Virus record (IMG/VR): IMGVR_UViG_3300021959_009735
Span: 1-60,533 of that record
Strand: one strand, 5' to 3'
DNA length: 60,533 bases
From: a virus
Lineage: Duplodnaviria > Caudoviricetes
Shown: piece by piece, positions 19,515-29,551 of the stretch
Layout of the letters: each line of letters begins with the position of its first letter
Position numbering within the stretch: position 1 is the stretch's first letter
Translations under genes and position numbers: made by a program
The notes under the pieces: generated by a model
The model's database searches: none
The model's input: the letters and a program-made list of their open reading frames with translations, nothing else
Told to the model about the DNA's origin: nothing

Positions 19515-20450
19515 TTAAAAAGAAGGATTGCAGAGAGGGTTATCTTTAAATACGCAGAATCTACAATTATTCTTTGATGGCTTTTTCTGATATACCTTAT
19601 CGACGAATTGACCGGTACTATCAAAGCCTTCCTTAACAAACTCACCTATCTTTTTAAGAGCTCTTCCTCTATTAATCTTTCCAGCAGAAGGTTTGAATTC
19701 CTGTACTCTTCTTCCCATAGCCGGAAAGTCTGGATCTTTAGGAACTTTTCTTTTTACGATAAAGTACTCTACATCGATCTTATCTATGTCTGTGTCGAAT
19801 TGTTTGGCAAAGTACTCTTTGTATAAAAGCACCTGAGAGATCTTATCAGTATCCTTCTTGGCATAGTCTTTCCAGCCAGAAGTAGATGTTTTGATGTCAA
19901 CAATCCTGAATCGATCTGTATTCTTATTGTAGAATACGAGATCAATAAAGCCTTTAAAGTATAGATTCTCTTGAATTGGATAAAGGATTGGAGTCTCTAT
20001 TCCGGCTAGATAAGTTCCTTTGATCGGAAAATAAACGTTTCTCTTCTTCTTAAGATAGTCTAGAATCTGAATCCCATCTTCCAGGAAGGAGTCCAGTTCC
20101 TTTCCATCAGAGAAATGCTCATGGCCGTTTCTATACTTTTCTTTCTTATAGGTCTTGATCATACGCTCTCTTAAAAGCGCATGCAGATCTATTTCATCAG
20201 CCGCTTTAGCCGATTCAGAGTACATGACTTCCAGCCATTCCTGAACGGTCTCGTGTAGAGCTGTTCCGAAAGTTGTATAGATGGAAGGCTGGTATGGTGA
20301 TAAATTACGTACATAGGTTAAGTACCATTTGTGTGGACATTGGCTATACATATAGAACTGACTAAAAGAAATGTTCTTTTCATCTTCTTTTAACCGTCTA
20401 CCTTTAGCTTCCTGTATTAGTTTAACCTTCGGTGGGACCTTTTTCGGCAT
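19515..20450 (-). CDS. PD-(D/E)XK nuclease (RecB/Cas4-like)
   Basis: SFSQ..CPHKW, FGTALHE, GFIDLV, VDIKTS, QVLLY, CRFC..C. Confidence 0.88.
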   Translation of the reverse strand: MPKKVPPKVKLIQEAKGRRLKEDEKNISFSQFYMYSQCPHKWYLTYVRNLSPYQPSIYTTFGTALHETVQEWLEVMYSESAKAADEIDLHALLRERMIKTYKKEKYRNGHEHFSDGKELDSFLEDGIQILDYLKKKRNVYFPIKGTYLAGIETPILYPIQENLYFKGFIDLVFYNKNTDRFRIVDIKTSTSGWKDYAKKDTDKISQVLLYKEYFAKQFDTDIDKIDVEYFIVKRKVPKDPDFPAMGRRVQEFKPSAGKINRGRALKKIGEFVKEGFDSTGQFVDKVYQKKPSKNNCRFCVFKDNPLCNPSF

Positions 20451-20625
20451 ATTCTTCTTTTAACTTCTCGATATAGGCTGTAGCATCCATAAGCTCTTCC
20501 TGTAGGTGCTGTAGCCATTCTAGGATTGATAAGTCATCCCTTTCGAGAGTAACTCCATATTTTTCTTTTCCCTTAGCAGCTCGACTTCGAATCTGCTCTA
20601 TAACCTGTTCTTCAATTCTGCTCAT
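20422..20625 (-). CDS. small conserved phage protein (MazG-like helical motif)
   Basis: R..KGKEKYGVTLERDDL..WLQHLQEELMDA..Y. Confidence 0.65.
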   Translation of the reverse strand: MSRIEEQVIEQIRSRAAKGKEKYGVTLERDDLSILEWLQHLQEELMDATAYIEKLKEEYAEKGPTEG

Positions 20626-20864
20626 TATAGGTAACGTTTTCCTTTATTGTATTCTTTTTTCAATATCTTACCTCTTCTACCGTCTGATAGTAAGACATGA
20701 TACCATGATGGCGTCTTCTGTAAGATACGGACAATGTGAGGAGGTTCCAACTTTTCAGGTTCTACACTTACTTCCGGTTCAGTCTTTTCAGGTTCTATAC
20801 TTACCGGTTCTTCCTCAACAGGCTCTTGAACTTCTTCCCGAGGCGTTTCAACCTCGGGTTGGAC
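20625..20864 (-). CDS. -1 frame C-terminal extension (79 aa) of the membrane protein, reached by frameshift
   Basis: Open frame VQPEVETPREEVQEPVEEEPVSIEPEK...KRYL* begins right after A AAA AAG; its TAA overlaps the next ATG (TAATG). Confidence 0.75.
   Translation of the reverse strand, partial: VQPEVETPREEVQEPVEEEPVSIEPEKTEPEVSVEPEKLEPPHIVRILQKTPSWYHVLLSDGRRGKILKKEYNKGKRYL
20751..20804. repeat. 21-nt direct repeat, 33-nt period
   Basis: cttttcaggttcta(c/t)acttac at 20751 and 20784; encodes VS(I/V)EPEK twice in the -1 frame. Confidence 0.85.
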
Positions 20865-21784
20865 TTTTTTACGGCATCATCGACCTCCTCTTCCTCCTCG
20901 TAAGGAAGCTCTTTCTCCTTTGGAACCTCTAATGTTCCATCTTCATGTTCTAACTCTCCGTAAAGAGTTTCTTTTGGCCTAAGCTGTGCAAAAGCAAAGT
21001 TAGCCGCAATAACCAGAGAAATAGCTAAGGGGTCAAATACAAAGATAATAACAAGAAGTAGAATATTTACAATCCTACTCATTTCCCATCCTGTAACTTC
21101 ACTAATATACTTAAGCGGACCAAGCTCGGCAGCAATCTCTGAGTTTGATTCTAAGTCTAAGATTTGGATTTGAATCGATTGAAGTGAGTCTGCTGCGGTA
21201 GTTCTCTTAGCCTGTACCTCTCTTCTATTGGCTTCTTCAGAAGCAATCCGCTCTTGGGCAAGTCTAAGTTCGGCTGTTGATACGGTGTTTCTTAGCCCGG
21301 TAGCCGAGGTCGTATCTCTAACCTGAATCTGAGTAGCTCTAGCTTTAGAGAGCTCATTAATGGTAGTAGAGATACGTTCTAACTCCTGATCATAACGTGA
21401 GACATCTTCGGAAAAGAATGCTTCTTTCTGCTCTAGAAACTCTATACGCTTTTCTGATACCGTGTATGCGCTGTAGGTCTCTTGATAGGCTGCTGATAAG
21501 AATCCGTAGATCCCCATCGATGTAATTAAGACGAGTACAAAGGCTGCTACCGTTAGGTAAGTTCGTAGAATTTTATTTAACTTGTCCCAATACTGGTACA
21601 GAAGAGATGCTATTACGAGCTTAGATACTTCCAGCGAACCTGCCATGACAATGACCTGTAGCTGTGCTCCGGCAAAAAGCTTACTCAAACCGTAGACACT
21701 ATAGAATGCTGCTGATCCTGATACGGATAAAGCAGATAGAGCTATAATAATAGGTAGAGTTACCTTTTTTATCTTATCGTACAT
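20801..21784 (-). CDS. multi-pass membrane protein with long coiled coil (0-frame form 327 aa)
   Basis: 3 N-terminal TMs, coiled coil, C-terminal TM with VFDPLAI; start reassigned to MYDK. Confidence 0.8.
   Translation of the reverse strand: MYDKIKKVTLPIIIALSALSVSGSAAFYSVYGLSKLFAGAQLQVIVMAGSLEVSKLVIASLLYQYWDKLNKILRTYLTVAAFVLVLITSMGIYGFLSAAYQETYSAYTVSEKRIEFLEQKEAFFSEDVSRYDQELERISTTINELSKARATQIQVRDTTSATGLRNTVSTAELRLAQERIASEEANRREVQAKRTTAADSLQSIQIQILDLESNSEIAAELGPLKYISEVTGWEMSRIVNILLLVIIFVFDPLAISLVIAANFAFAQLRPKETLYGELEHEDGTLEVPKEKELPYEEEEEVDDAVKKSNPRLKRLGKKFKSLLRKNR
20837..20889 (-). promoter_or_regulatory. candidate programmed -1 ribosomal frameshift signal
   Basis: AGGAGGT, 12 nt, A AAA AAG (20870-20864), 5 nt, hairpin CCCGAGG/CCTCGGG. 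Confidence 0.7.
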
Positions 21785-21794
21785 CTTATCAATA

Positions 21795-21840
21795 TAAGAA
21801 AGAAAACCCCTAGAATCCACTATAAAGCTTCATCTAGGGG
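21795..21840 (-). terminator. hairpin + T-tract after the holin-like gene, overlapping a promoter-like TATATT
   Basis: CCCCTAGA...TCTAGGGG followed by TTTTCTTTCTT; large loop. Confidence 0.45.
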
Positions 21841-21847
21841 CTTTTTC

Positions 21848-22102
21848 TTAGGCTGCGTCTGTTTTTTCTGCTTCTTCAACAGGCTTTTTGGCGATAGAGA
21901 ATTTCTCTACGGCTGAGAATCCTAAGCCTGCTGCTACGAGGTAGAGCATACCATTATAAACGAACTCTTCTAAAGGAAGTGCAAAGAAGAGGTTAGCAAC
22001 AAATGCTACAAAGCATAGAGCTGCTGCAACTAGCGTAACTGTTCTTTTGGAGGATGCCTGTCCGTGGACGTCGGAAAGCATTTTATTGAGCCATTTTTTC
22101 AT
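21848..22102 (-). CDS. holin-like 2-TM protein
   Basis: SSKR motif, two TMs, charged C-tail; directly after the amidase. Confidence 0.65.
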   Translation of the reverse strand: MKKWLNKMLSDVHGQASSKRTVTLVAAALCFVAFVANLFFALPLEEFVYNGMLYLVAAGLGFSAVEKFSIAKKPVEEAEKTDAA

Positions 22103-22118
22103 GTTTCTTTGGGTTAAG

Positions 22119-22610
22119 TTATTCGCTAAGTGCTTTTACAAAAGCATCCCAGTCGAAGGCTGCTCCTGGGTCTGTTTTGCCTTTTCCTGCGCCTCTAACA
22201 TCATCTCCAGATACATCCGAGTGTCTTACTACTCTTTCTACAGGAATGTTGTACTCCTTCATCCACCATTTGCATACCTCTACAGCACAGTCGAACTGGG
22301 CTTGGGTGTATGTGCCAGGTGTCTCGATTGCTTTGGAGAATGTTCCGAAGTCATGTTCTCCGGGGACTAGTAGTTCGAATCCTAAGTAATGGCCGTTGAG
22401 CAATTCTAATCCCATATGAGCACTCTTTCCGGCATGAGCTGCCTTCTGAGTTGATTCAAGCATCTTGTCATACTTTCCATCTGGGGTGATAAATCCATGA
22501 ACGGAAAGCTTAACGGATTTGAGAAAATCTTTGGCCGGCTTAGGACCTTCTGGCAGCTTTAGAAACTCTGCCATAGAGTGAACGATTATACCTTTCGGTG
22601 TAAATGCCAT
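22119..22610 (-). CDS. N-acetylmuramoyl-L-alanine amidase (endolysin, Amidase_2)
   Basis: IIVHS, SVHGFI, AAHAG, GFEL, VVRHSDV, KTDPG. Confidence 0.9.
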   Translation of the reverse strand: MAFTPKGIIVHSMAEFLKLPEGPKPAKDFLKSVKLSVHGFITPDGKYDKMLESTQKAAHAGKSAHMGLELLNGHYLGFELLVPGEHDFGTFSKAIETPGTYTQAQFDCAVEVCKWWMKEYNIPVERVVRHSDVSGDDVRGAGKGKTDPGAAFDWDAFVKALSE

Positions 22611-22637
22611 TTAGAATAAAAGTTTTTAGGTTAAAAA

Positions 22638-23018
22638 TTAATCTTCGTCAGCACATGAGCAATGGTAAGGTGTTCCGCAATCATCACAGAATTTGCTCAT
22701 AGGTACTGGTTCTTCTACAACTTCTTCTAAGTCGTCTACTCCATCTACATCGTCGACGGCTTCTAGAAGTTTATTATCTCTTTCGGCGCTATTGAACCAG
22801 TAGTCAATAACTCTGTTATAGGAGCCAATGAAAGCACCAAGTACAAGTAGGAGTATTTCTTTCCACTCCTGAGCCATTCCTGCCATTGTATCAACGGGTC
22901 CAAGAAGAGCCCAGCCAATTCCTAAAACGATAACAAGAAAGGTTAACATGGTGAGCAATGTAATGCTCATTCTTCCTCTTTGCATCTTATTATAAATGTG
23001 TAATATGTTTTTGTCCAT
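22638..23018 (-). CDS. 2-TM membrane protein (holin/antiholin-like) with acidic, Cys-rich tail
   Basis: Two TMs, IDYWF motif, CDDCG..CSC; upstream of the amidase. Confidence 0.6.
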   Translation of the reverse strand: MDKNILHIYNKMQRGRMSITLLTMLTFLVIVLGIGWALLGPVDTMAGMAQEWKEILLLVLGAFIGSYNRVIDYWFNSAERDNKLLEAVDDVDGVDDLEEVVEEPVPMSKFCDDCGTPYHCSCADED

Positions 23019-23060
23019 TTGGGTTAAAAGTTATGTTACTTCTATCCCGTATAAATAGCT

Positions 23061-23090
23061 AAAAGAAAAGGGGCCCGAAGGCCCCTCTTC
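23061..23090 (-). terminator. intrinsic terminator
   Basis: AGGGGCC-TTCG-GGCCCCT followed by TTTCTTTT. Confidence 0.85.
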
Positions 23091-23135
23091 CCTACACCAC
23101 GTTTACCAGGCCCACCACAGCCTGGTCCCCGTTTT

Positions 23136-23387
23136 TTAAGCTGTAAATTCCTGTGTGCTAGGTTCTTGAATCTCTCGTGGAAGAAATTCTTTATTAACGT
23201 GATTGCACTTCAGGCAGGCAAAGACTGGAATTGGAATGTAGGATGGCATTCCGGTTCCGGTTACGAAGCCGGATGCTTTACGGATGTAGATTCCCTGCTG
23301 GAAATATTGATGTCCGCATTCATCGCATGTAGTCTCATCTGTCTGATCCAGGCTGATGTTGACTTGTGGTTGTTTATTAAATTCCAT
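23136..23387 (-). CDS. Zn-ribbon hypothetical protein
   Basis: CDECG..CLKCNH. Confidence 0.75.
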   Translation of the reverse strand: MEFNKQPQVNISLDQTDETTCDECGHQYFQQGIYIRKASGFVTGTGMPSYIPIPVFACLKCNHVNKEFLPREIQEPSTQEFTA

Positions 23388-23815
23388 TATGCATCTTTTT
23401 TAGATGGTCTCTTAGTTGTCTTTCGAGGTGTTGGTTTAGCCTTTGGCTTGGCAGCTGTCTTACGACGAGGTGTCTTTTTGACATCCTCTTTAGCGGACGC
23501 TTTTTTAGCTGCTGCTTTGTCGGCGGCTGTTACATGGCTTTTTTCGCCATCTGGGTCGGCTTTTTTAGCTGCTGGTTTACGTCCACGTCGTGGTTTGCCT
23601 GCTGCTGCATCTGCTACATCACCGACCTGCTTGGCAACCGTTTTAGTAGCTTTCACTACATCGGTTGCCTCCTCCTTAACACGACGAACACGTTTATCAA
23701 CAACATCCGGAATGTTATTGCCATCTTCGTCGGCAAGCTTACCTTTCTTGATAAGTACTCGGCCAACAACATATGCAACTGCAACAAGGGCTAGTAGAAT
23801 TAAAACTAGTTTCAT
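23387..23815 (-). CDS. membrane-anchored protein with histone-H1-like Lys/Ala-rich tail
   Basis: N-terminal TM, DEDGNNIPD, KPAAKK/TPRK repeats. Confidence 0.7.
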   Translation of the reverse strand: MKLVLILLALVAVAYVVGRVLIKKGKLADEDGNNIPDVVDKRVRRVKEEATDVVKATKTVAKQVGDVADAAAGKPRRGRKPAAKKADPDGEKSHVTAADKAAAKKASAKEDVKKTPRRKTAAKPKAKPTPRKTTKRPSKKDA

Positions 23816-23855
23816 TGTACAATTGTGTTTAGTTTATATAGAATAAATATAACCT

Positions 23856-24059
23856 TTAATACTTTACTCTACGAGAGTATCTCTTCGAGTTTGCTTTACG
23901 ACGCTTACGTTCTAAGCGGCGCTTAACGGAAGGTTTGGTGAACTCTTGCTTACTTTTGTATAAGTCAAGAATACCTGACTCGCGTACTTTGCGGCGAAAT
24001 CGTCCTAATGCTTTAAGGATGTTCTCCTTCTTACCAATCTTTACCCCAATTCCATTCAT
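23856..24059 (-). CDS. rpsU: 30S ribosomal protein bS21
   Basis: ENILKALGRFRRKVRESGIL..QEFTKPSVKRR. Confidence 0.9.
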   Translation of the reverse strand: MNGIGVKIGKKENILKALGRFRRKVRESGILDLYKSKQEFTKPSVKRRLERKRRKANSKRYSRRVKY

Positions 24060-24065
24060 ATAAAT

Positions 24066-24530
24066 TTATTTTGTGGTGTTCCACATCTCCAAGTTGTCGC
24101 GATATTTCACGCATGTTTCATAAAATTCTCTCGCCCCGCCTTCAAAGCCATCCGCCATCACCTTGTCTACCAGAGTATTGCCGAAGGCCATCCGCATACC
24201 GCTATCCAGCATCTCCATACGAGTAATCTCATAATTCATATGAGCCTCGCGGAGTTTTTTGATACGTTTGCTATAGACCCACTCGCGATCTCTTCGGAAG
24301 TTTCTAACGGTTTCAAACGAGGATCGGGGGTTTTTATCCATGTAATCTTCTACATCCTGCTCTAACATCTCGTATTCTTCTCCAATCATATTTTTCCATG
24401 GAGAGATATCGAAATTATCATGTTCGATCATTTGCAGGATAAGAGGACGGCTGTCGCCTTTTTTGGGACGAGTAAGAGGTTGTTTAGTTTTCTTCCCTCT
24501 CTGCCAATATGTAAACGGACTAAAACCCAT
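24066..24530 (-). CDS. hypothetical protein
   Basis: 154-aa ORF. Confidence 0.7.
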   Translation of the reverse strand: MGFSPFTYWQRGKKTKQPLTRPKKGDSRPLILQMIEHDNFDISPWKNMIGEEYEMLEQDVEDYMDKNPRSSFETVRNFRRDREWVYSKRIKKLREAHMNYEITRMEMLDSGMRMAFGNTLVDKVMADGFEGGAREFYETCVKYRDNLEMWNTTK

Positions 24531-24548
24531 AACTACAATATAACCTTT

Positions 24549-25001
24549 TTAGTTGATGTTTCCAACTACTCCGTCAAGCTTTTTACCGTAGAGAGTATTC
24601 TCAAATTTGTTATACCCTTCGGTATAGACATGAACAGAGGATGCTGCCGGGTGATTGTAGTCTTCGATGACTGCCCTTAGGAGGGCTTCATCATCATTAC
24701 GGCGCCCGGTCTTGCCAAGAAAAACATCGTACATGTAGTTTTGGTAGAACCAAACATGTCCAAGTGGTTTATCTCCTTCTTTGAAGAGGTAGGCCACACA
24801 TCCGTCTTTAATTCTCTCTTGAGCTTCAAGTAGCGTAAAAGAGTGTACCTGCCGTGTTTTATTCTCTAGATCGACAGAGTCCGCAAATGCTCGCATATTT
24901 GCCTCAAAGTTCTTCTCATTCACGTAAGTAAACGAGAGGTTGGGGCGGACTTTAGGAGTTTTAGTAAAACCTTTTTTGATAGTATAACGTGTGTCTTTCA
25001 T
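24549..25001 (-). CDS. hypothetical protein, GNAT-like fold possible
   Basis: PLGHVWF..YDVF..NKF..LY pattern. Confidence 0.5.
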   Translation of the reverse strand: MKDTRYTIKKGFTKTPKVRPNLSFTYVNEKNFEANMRAFADSVDLENKTRQVHSFTLLEAQERIKDGCVAYLFKEGDKPLGHVWFYQNYMYDVFLGKTGRRNDDEALLRAVIEDYNHPAASSVHVYTEGYNKFENTLYGKKLDGVVGNIN

Positions 25002-25024
25002 TTAGACCACCTTAGAAGGCGTTA

Positions 25025-25207
25025 TTATTTTTGTGTTTTTTCTTTCGTGTGTACTTCGTCTTGTCCGAATGACGTTTTGAAATCATCTTTCGGCCAATCT
25101 GGTAGGCTAGTTCTCGTTCTTTGTAGCCCTCCGGTAGCGGGTTCTTTTTGTTTGGCTGGCTCATTCCAACTCTCCTCGAAGTAAATGAAGTCGTTGCTGT
25201 AACTCAT
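25025..25207 (-). CDS. hypothetical protein
   Basis: 60-aa ORF with a promoter immediately upstream. Confidence 0.6.
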   Translation of the reverse strand: MSYSNDFIYFEESWNEPAKQKEPATGGLQRTRTSLPDWPKDDFKTSFGQDEVHTKEKTQK

Positions 25208-25209
25208 AT

Positions 25210-25242
25210 TATAAATATAGAACCTACTAGTCTAAAAGGCAA
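25210..25242 (-). promoter_or_regulatory. sigma70-like promoter overlapping a TATTTATA motif (near-leaderless mRNA)
   Basis: TTGCCT-17-TATATT ends 6 nt before the ATG. Confidence 0.65.
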
Positions 25243-25267
25243 CTGTTTGTAAAAATTCGCGCGTGGC

Positions 25268-25506
25268 TTATAGAAAGACGAGCCCCACATCTGCGCCCAC
25301 TACTATGCAGCCTAGATTATAAGCTGGCACGTAATAGGCATATCCGTACGGGTCGAGTACTTCCTCAAAGATTTTCTTTTGCAGCTCTGGTGAGTTTCCT
25401 GTTATGATCTTACCAGAGAAGAGCGGTATTCTGTAAGAATTGTAAAGCCAATCTTCTACAGCCTTAATGGCTTCTTCGTGGGTTAAGCCATGCAGATCAA
25501 TTTCCA

Positions 25507-25507
<1 letters not shown>
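25268..25507 (-). CDS. stand-alone Smr-domain protein
   Basis: IDLHGLTHEEA, IITGNS, NLG. Confidence 0.8.
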
Positions 25508-27435
<1,928 letters not shown>

Positions 27436-27439
<4 letters not shown>

Positions 27440-27615
27440 GATTCTGTTTCAAGAATGAGTGCTGCGATAAAATAGAATATGGTTGTAAAGGGGTTAGCGC
27501 AAATCAGGGCTACTGTTGCCAGTCTAATTACGGTAGGGTCTATGTCAACATACTCTGCTATTCCTTTGCAGACACCTAAAATCTTTCCAGTACGACTTCG
27601 ATAGATCCTTCTCAT
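27436..27615 (-). CDS. PspC-domain protein, 59 aa (not in ORF track)
   Basis: MRRIYRSRTGKILGVCKGIAEYVDIDPTVIRL...; ATGA overlap with groES. Confidence 0.85.
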
Positions 27616-27890
27616 AAACTTACGGCGTTAGTAATCTCTGATTTAATGTTATCGTATGTTTCGATATACTCTTTGAGCGATACTGTCTCGTTGCTCTTCT
27701 CGAGCATAAGCAATTCTGCTACTCTAGCTACAGCGTTTGAAAATGAACCGTAGTATCCTTTGCCGAGAGTGCTACCCTCTTTCATGATAGTATACTGCTT
27801 ATCGTCTTGAGTAAGGTAGTACGGAGCAAGGAACTCTTCTCGGATGATAACCCGAGTCTTAGTTTCACCTTTCTTACGTCCACGTGCCAT
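27612..27890 (-). CDS. hypothetical protein
   Basis: 92-aa ORF; TTTG..CGTATCTTT promoter-like element at ~27919-27948. Confidence 0.7.
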   Translation of the reverse strand: MARGRKKGETKTRVIIREEFLAPYYLTQDDKQYTIMKEGSTLGKGYYGSFSNAVARVAELLMLEKSNETVSLKEYIETYDNIKSEITNAVSL

Positions 27891-27947
27891 ATAAAAAACC
27901 TCTTTTGTTTGTATATCTAAAGATACGAAATATTATCAAGAAAGCAA

Positions 27948-28452
27948 ACCTTAGGGCAAGATTTTTTTACTTGATTTTAAGTGCTCTAGGCTTGGACTCT
28001 TCAGCGAATGGAATATCAATCAACAAGAGGCCATTATTAAATTTAGCATCTGCTTTCGATAGATCAAAGCGTGAGGAGAATCTGTAACCTAAGTTAAAAG
28101 ATCGACGGGAGATACCGTGAGCATGGTAGGTACGATCTCCAGTATCCTGGTCGTTAGCTTTTTCGTGTTTAATCCGAATGGATGAGTATTCGATCAGAAC
28201 TTCGATATCTTTCTTATCGATACCGGTACAGGCTACCTCGATGTGGATTCCATCGGGGTCTTCGTAGATGTCTACGGGATGTGAGATTTTCGTTTCTGCT
28301 GCGGGAGCGAAGGCTCCAGCGCTTTCGAAAAAGTTTCTTACGAGAATATCGAACGGAGTACGTTCGTGAAATCTTAATGCAGTCATGTCATTAATGGTTG
28401 CGGTACCCTGAGGTTACCTGGTTAATAAGTATATAACTACTTGCCCTAAGGT
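27948..28452. repeat. 13-bp perfect inverted repeat flanking hsp20
   Basis: accttagggcaag (27948-27960) and cttgccctaaggt (28440-28452). Confidence 0.85.
27967..28386 (-). CDS. small heat-shock protein Hsp20
   Basis: PVDIYE, GISRRSF, AKFNNGLLLIDIP. Confidence 0.92.
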   Translation of the reverse strand: MTALRFHERTPFDILVRNFFESAGAFAPAAETKISHPVDIYEDPDGIHIEVACTGIDKKDIEVLIEYSSIRIKHEKANDQDTGDRTYHAHGISRRSFNLGYRFSSRFDLSKADAKFNNGLLLIDIPFAEESKPRALKIK

Positions 28453-28482
28453 CGTTTCTTGAGTATATAAATATACGAACGT

Positions 28483-29148
28483 TTAAGAAAAGATCCAACC
28501 CTTTGAGTTGGCATGGTCGCAGTATATTCCTTTAACCTGGATCTCATCTTCAAACATGTAGATTCTTTTTAGATCTGTTCTTGTATGTATCCATTCCGAT
28601 ATTGCTCTAGGTCCGAATGGTTCGTACGGAATAGTAAGATCGGTAGACTTGAGAAGAGATCTTGCTTTTGCAAATTCGATTAGATCGAAAAAATGTCCTG
28701 GGTTCGAAAACAAAAGACAGTCGTCATTCATTCTCAAATTTACTTGTTTCTGACGAGGAAGTGTACGAACCGGAATAAAAATTTCAGGATATGGTTCATG
28801 TATTCTTTTTTCCGGCGGTATCGATCTACGGTAAGCTAACTTAACTTTCATGAGATCGTCTAATCCACGTCCCCGACTCCATGAAATATCTAAATCTACA
28901 TACCATCCACCTTGATCTGCTAAAATCAGATACTTAGCAAAATTATATTTGTTAATGAAAGAGTTAAGTGAGTTAAAATACTCTAACTCTTTATGTTTCT
29001 TTAGAAGACGGTCTACATCTTTCTCGGCCCACAAAATAGTAGTCCAGGTAGGATGCCTAGTAACAAAAGACTGATAGCAGTCTTGAAACGGTTTAGGAAA
29101 GCCTCCTATAGTAAGGAAATGGGCTGTACTGCTAACCTTTGGGTTCAT
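28483..29148 (-). CDS. DxD glycosyltransferase (GT32/OCH1-like)
   Basis: HPTW..LW, GGWYVDLD, FGP. Confidence 0.75.
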   Translation of the reverse strand: MNPKVSSTAHFLTIGGFPKPFQDCYQSFVTRHPTWTTILWAEKDVDRLLKKHKELEYFNSLNSFINKYNFAKYLILADQGGWYVDLDISWSRGRGLDDLMKVKLAYRRSIPPEKRIHEPYPEIFIPVRTLPRQKQVNLRMNDDCLLFSNPGHFFDLIEFAKARSLLKSTDLTIPYEPFGPRAISEWIHTRTDLKRIYMFEDEIQVKGIYCDHANSKGWIFS

Positions 29149-29551
29149 CCGGCTCTACCTTAATCCATTTATCTTCTGAGTCTAGTTTAAAAGCGCCGAT
29201 GAAGAATTGATTCCATTCATGCGGTGCAATCAAAGAGAGGAATAATGTTCTATTCTTTCTCTGATATAGGTAGTATGTATGTCCTTTTACGGGTATAAAT
29301 CGATAATCACTTTTATATACAAGCTTGTTCCATTCGAACTGTTCTATTAACTGACGGTACTCTTCTTTGATCTCTTCGTATTTAGTACGAAAATAATTAT
29401 TCGTCTTAACAGCCTGTTCTACTCTCCACCCTACAGTATCATCCGGCTTGATAGCCGGAGCTCCTACATTGCTTGCATACGGGAGGACACCCGGATTGTA
29501 TGCAACCATAGGATTGTCTGGGGAGCTTGTTTCTTCTTTCTTAGTGGCCAT
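29132..29551 (-). CDS. DUF2452-family protein
   Basis: LPYASNVGAPAI, PVKGHTYYLY, FLSLIAPHEW. Confidence 0.75.
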   Translation of the reverse strand: MATKKEETSSPDNPMVAYNPGVLPYASNVGAPAIKPDDTVGWRVEQAVKTNNYFRTKYEEIKEEYRQLIEQFEWNKLVYKSDYRFIPVKGHTYYLYQRKNRTLFLSLIAPHEWNQFFIGAFKLDSEDKWIKVEPDEPKG

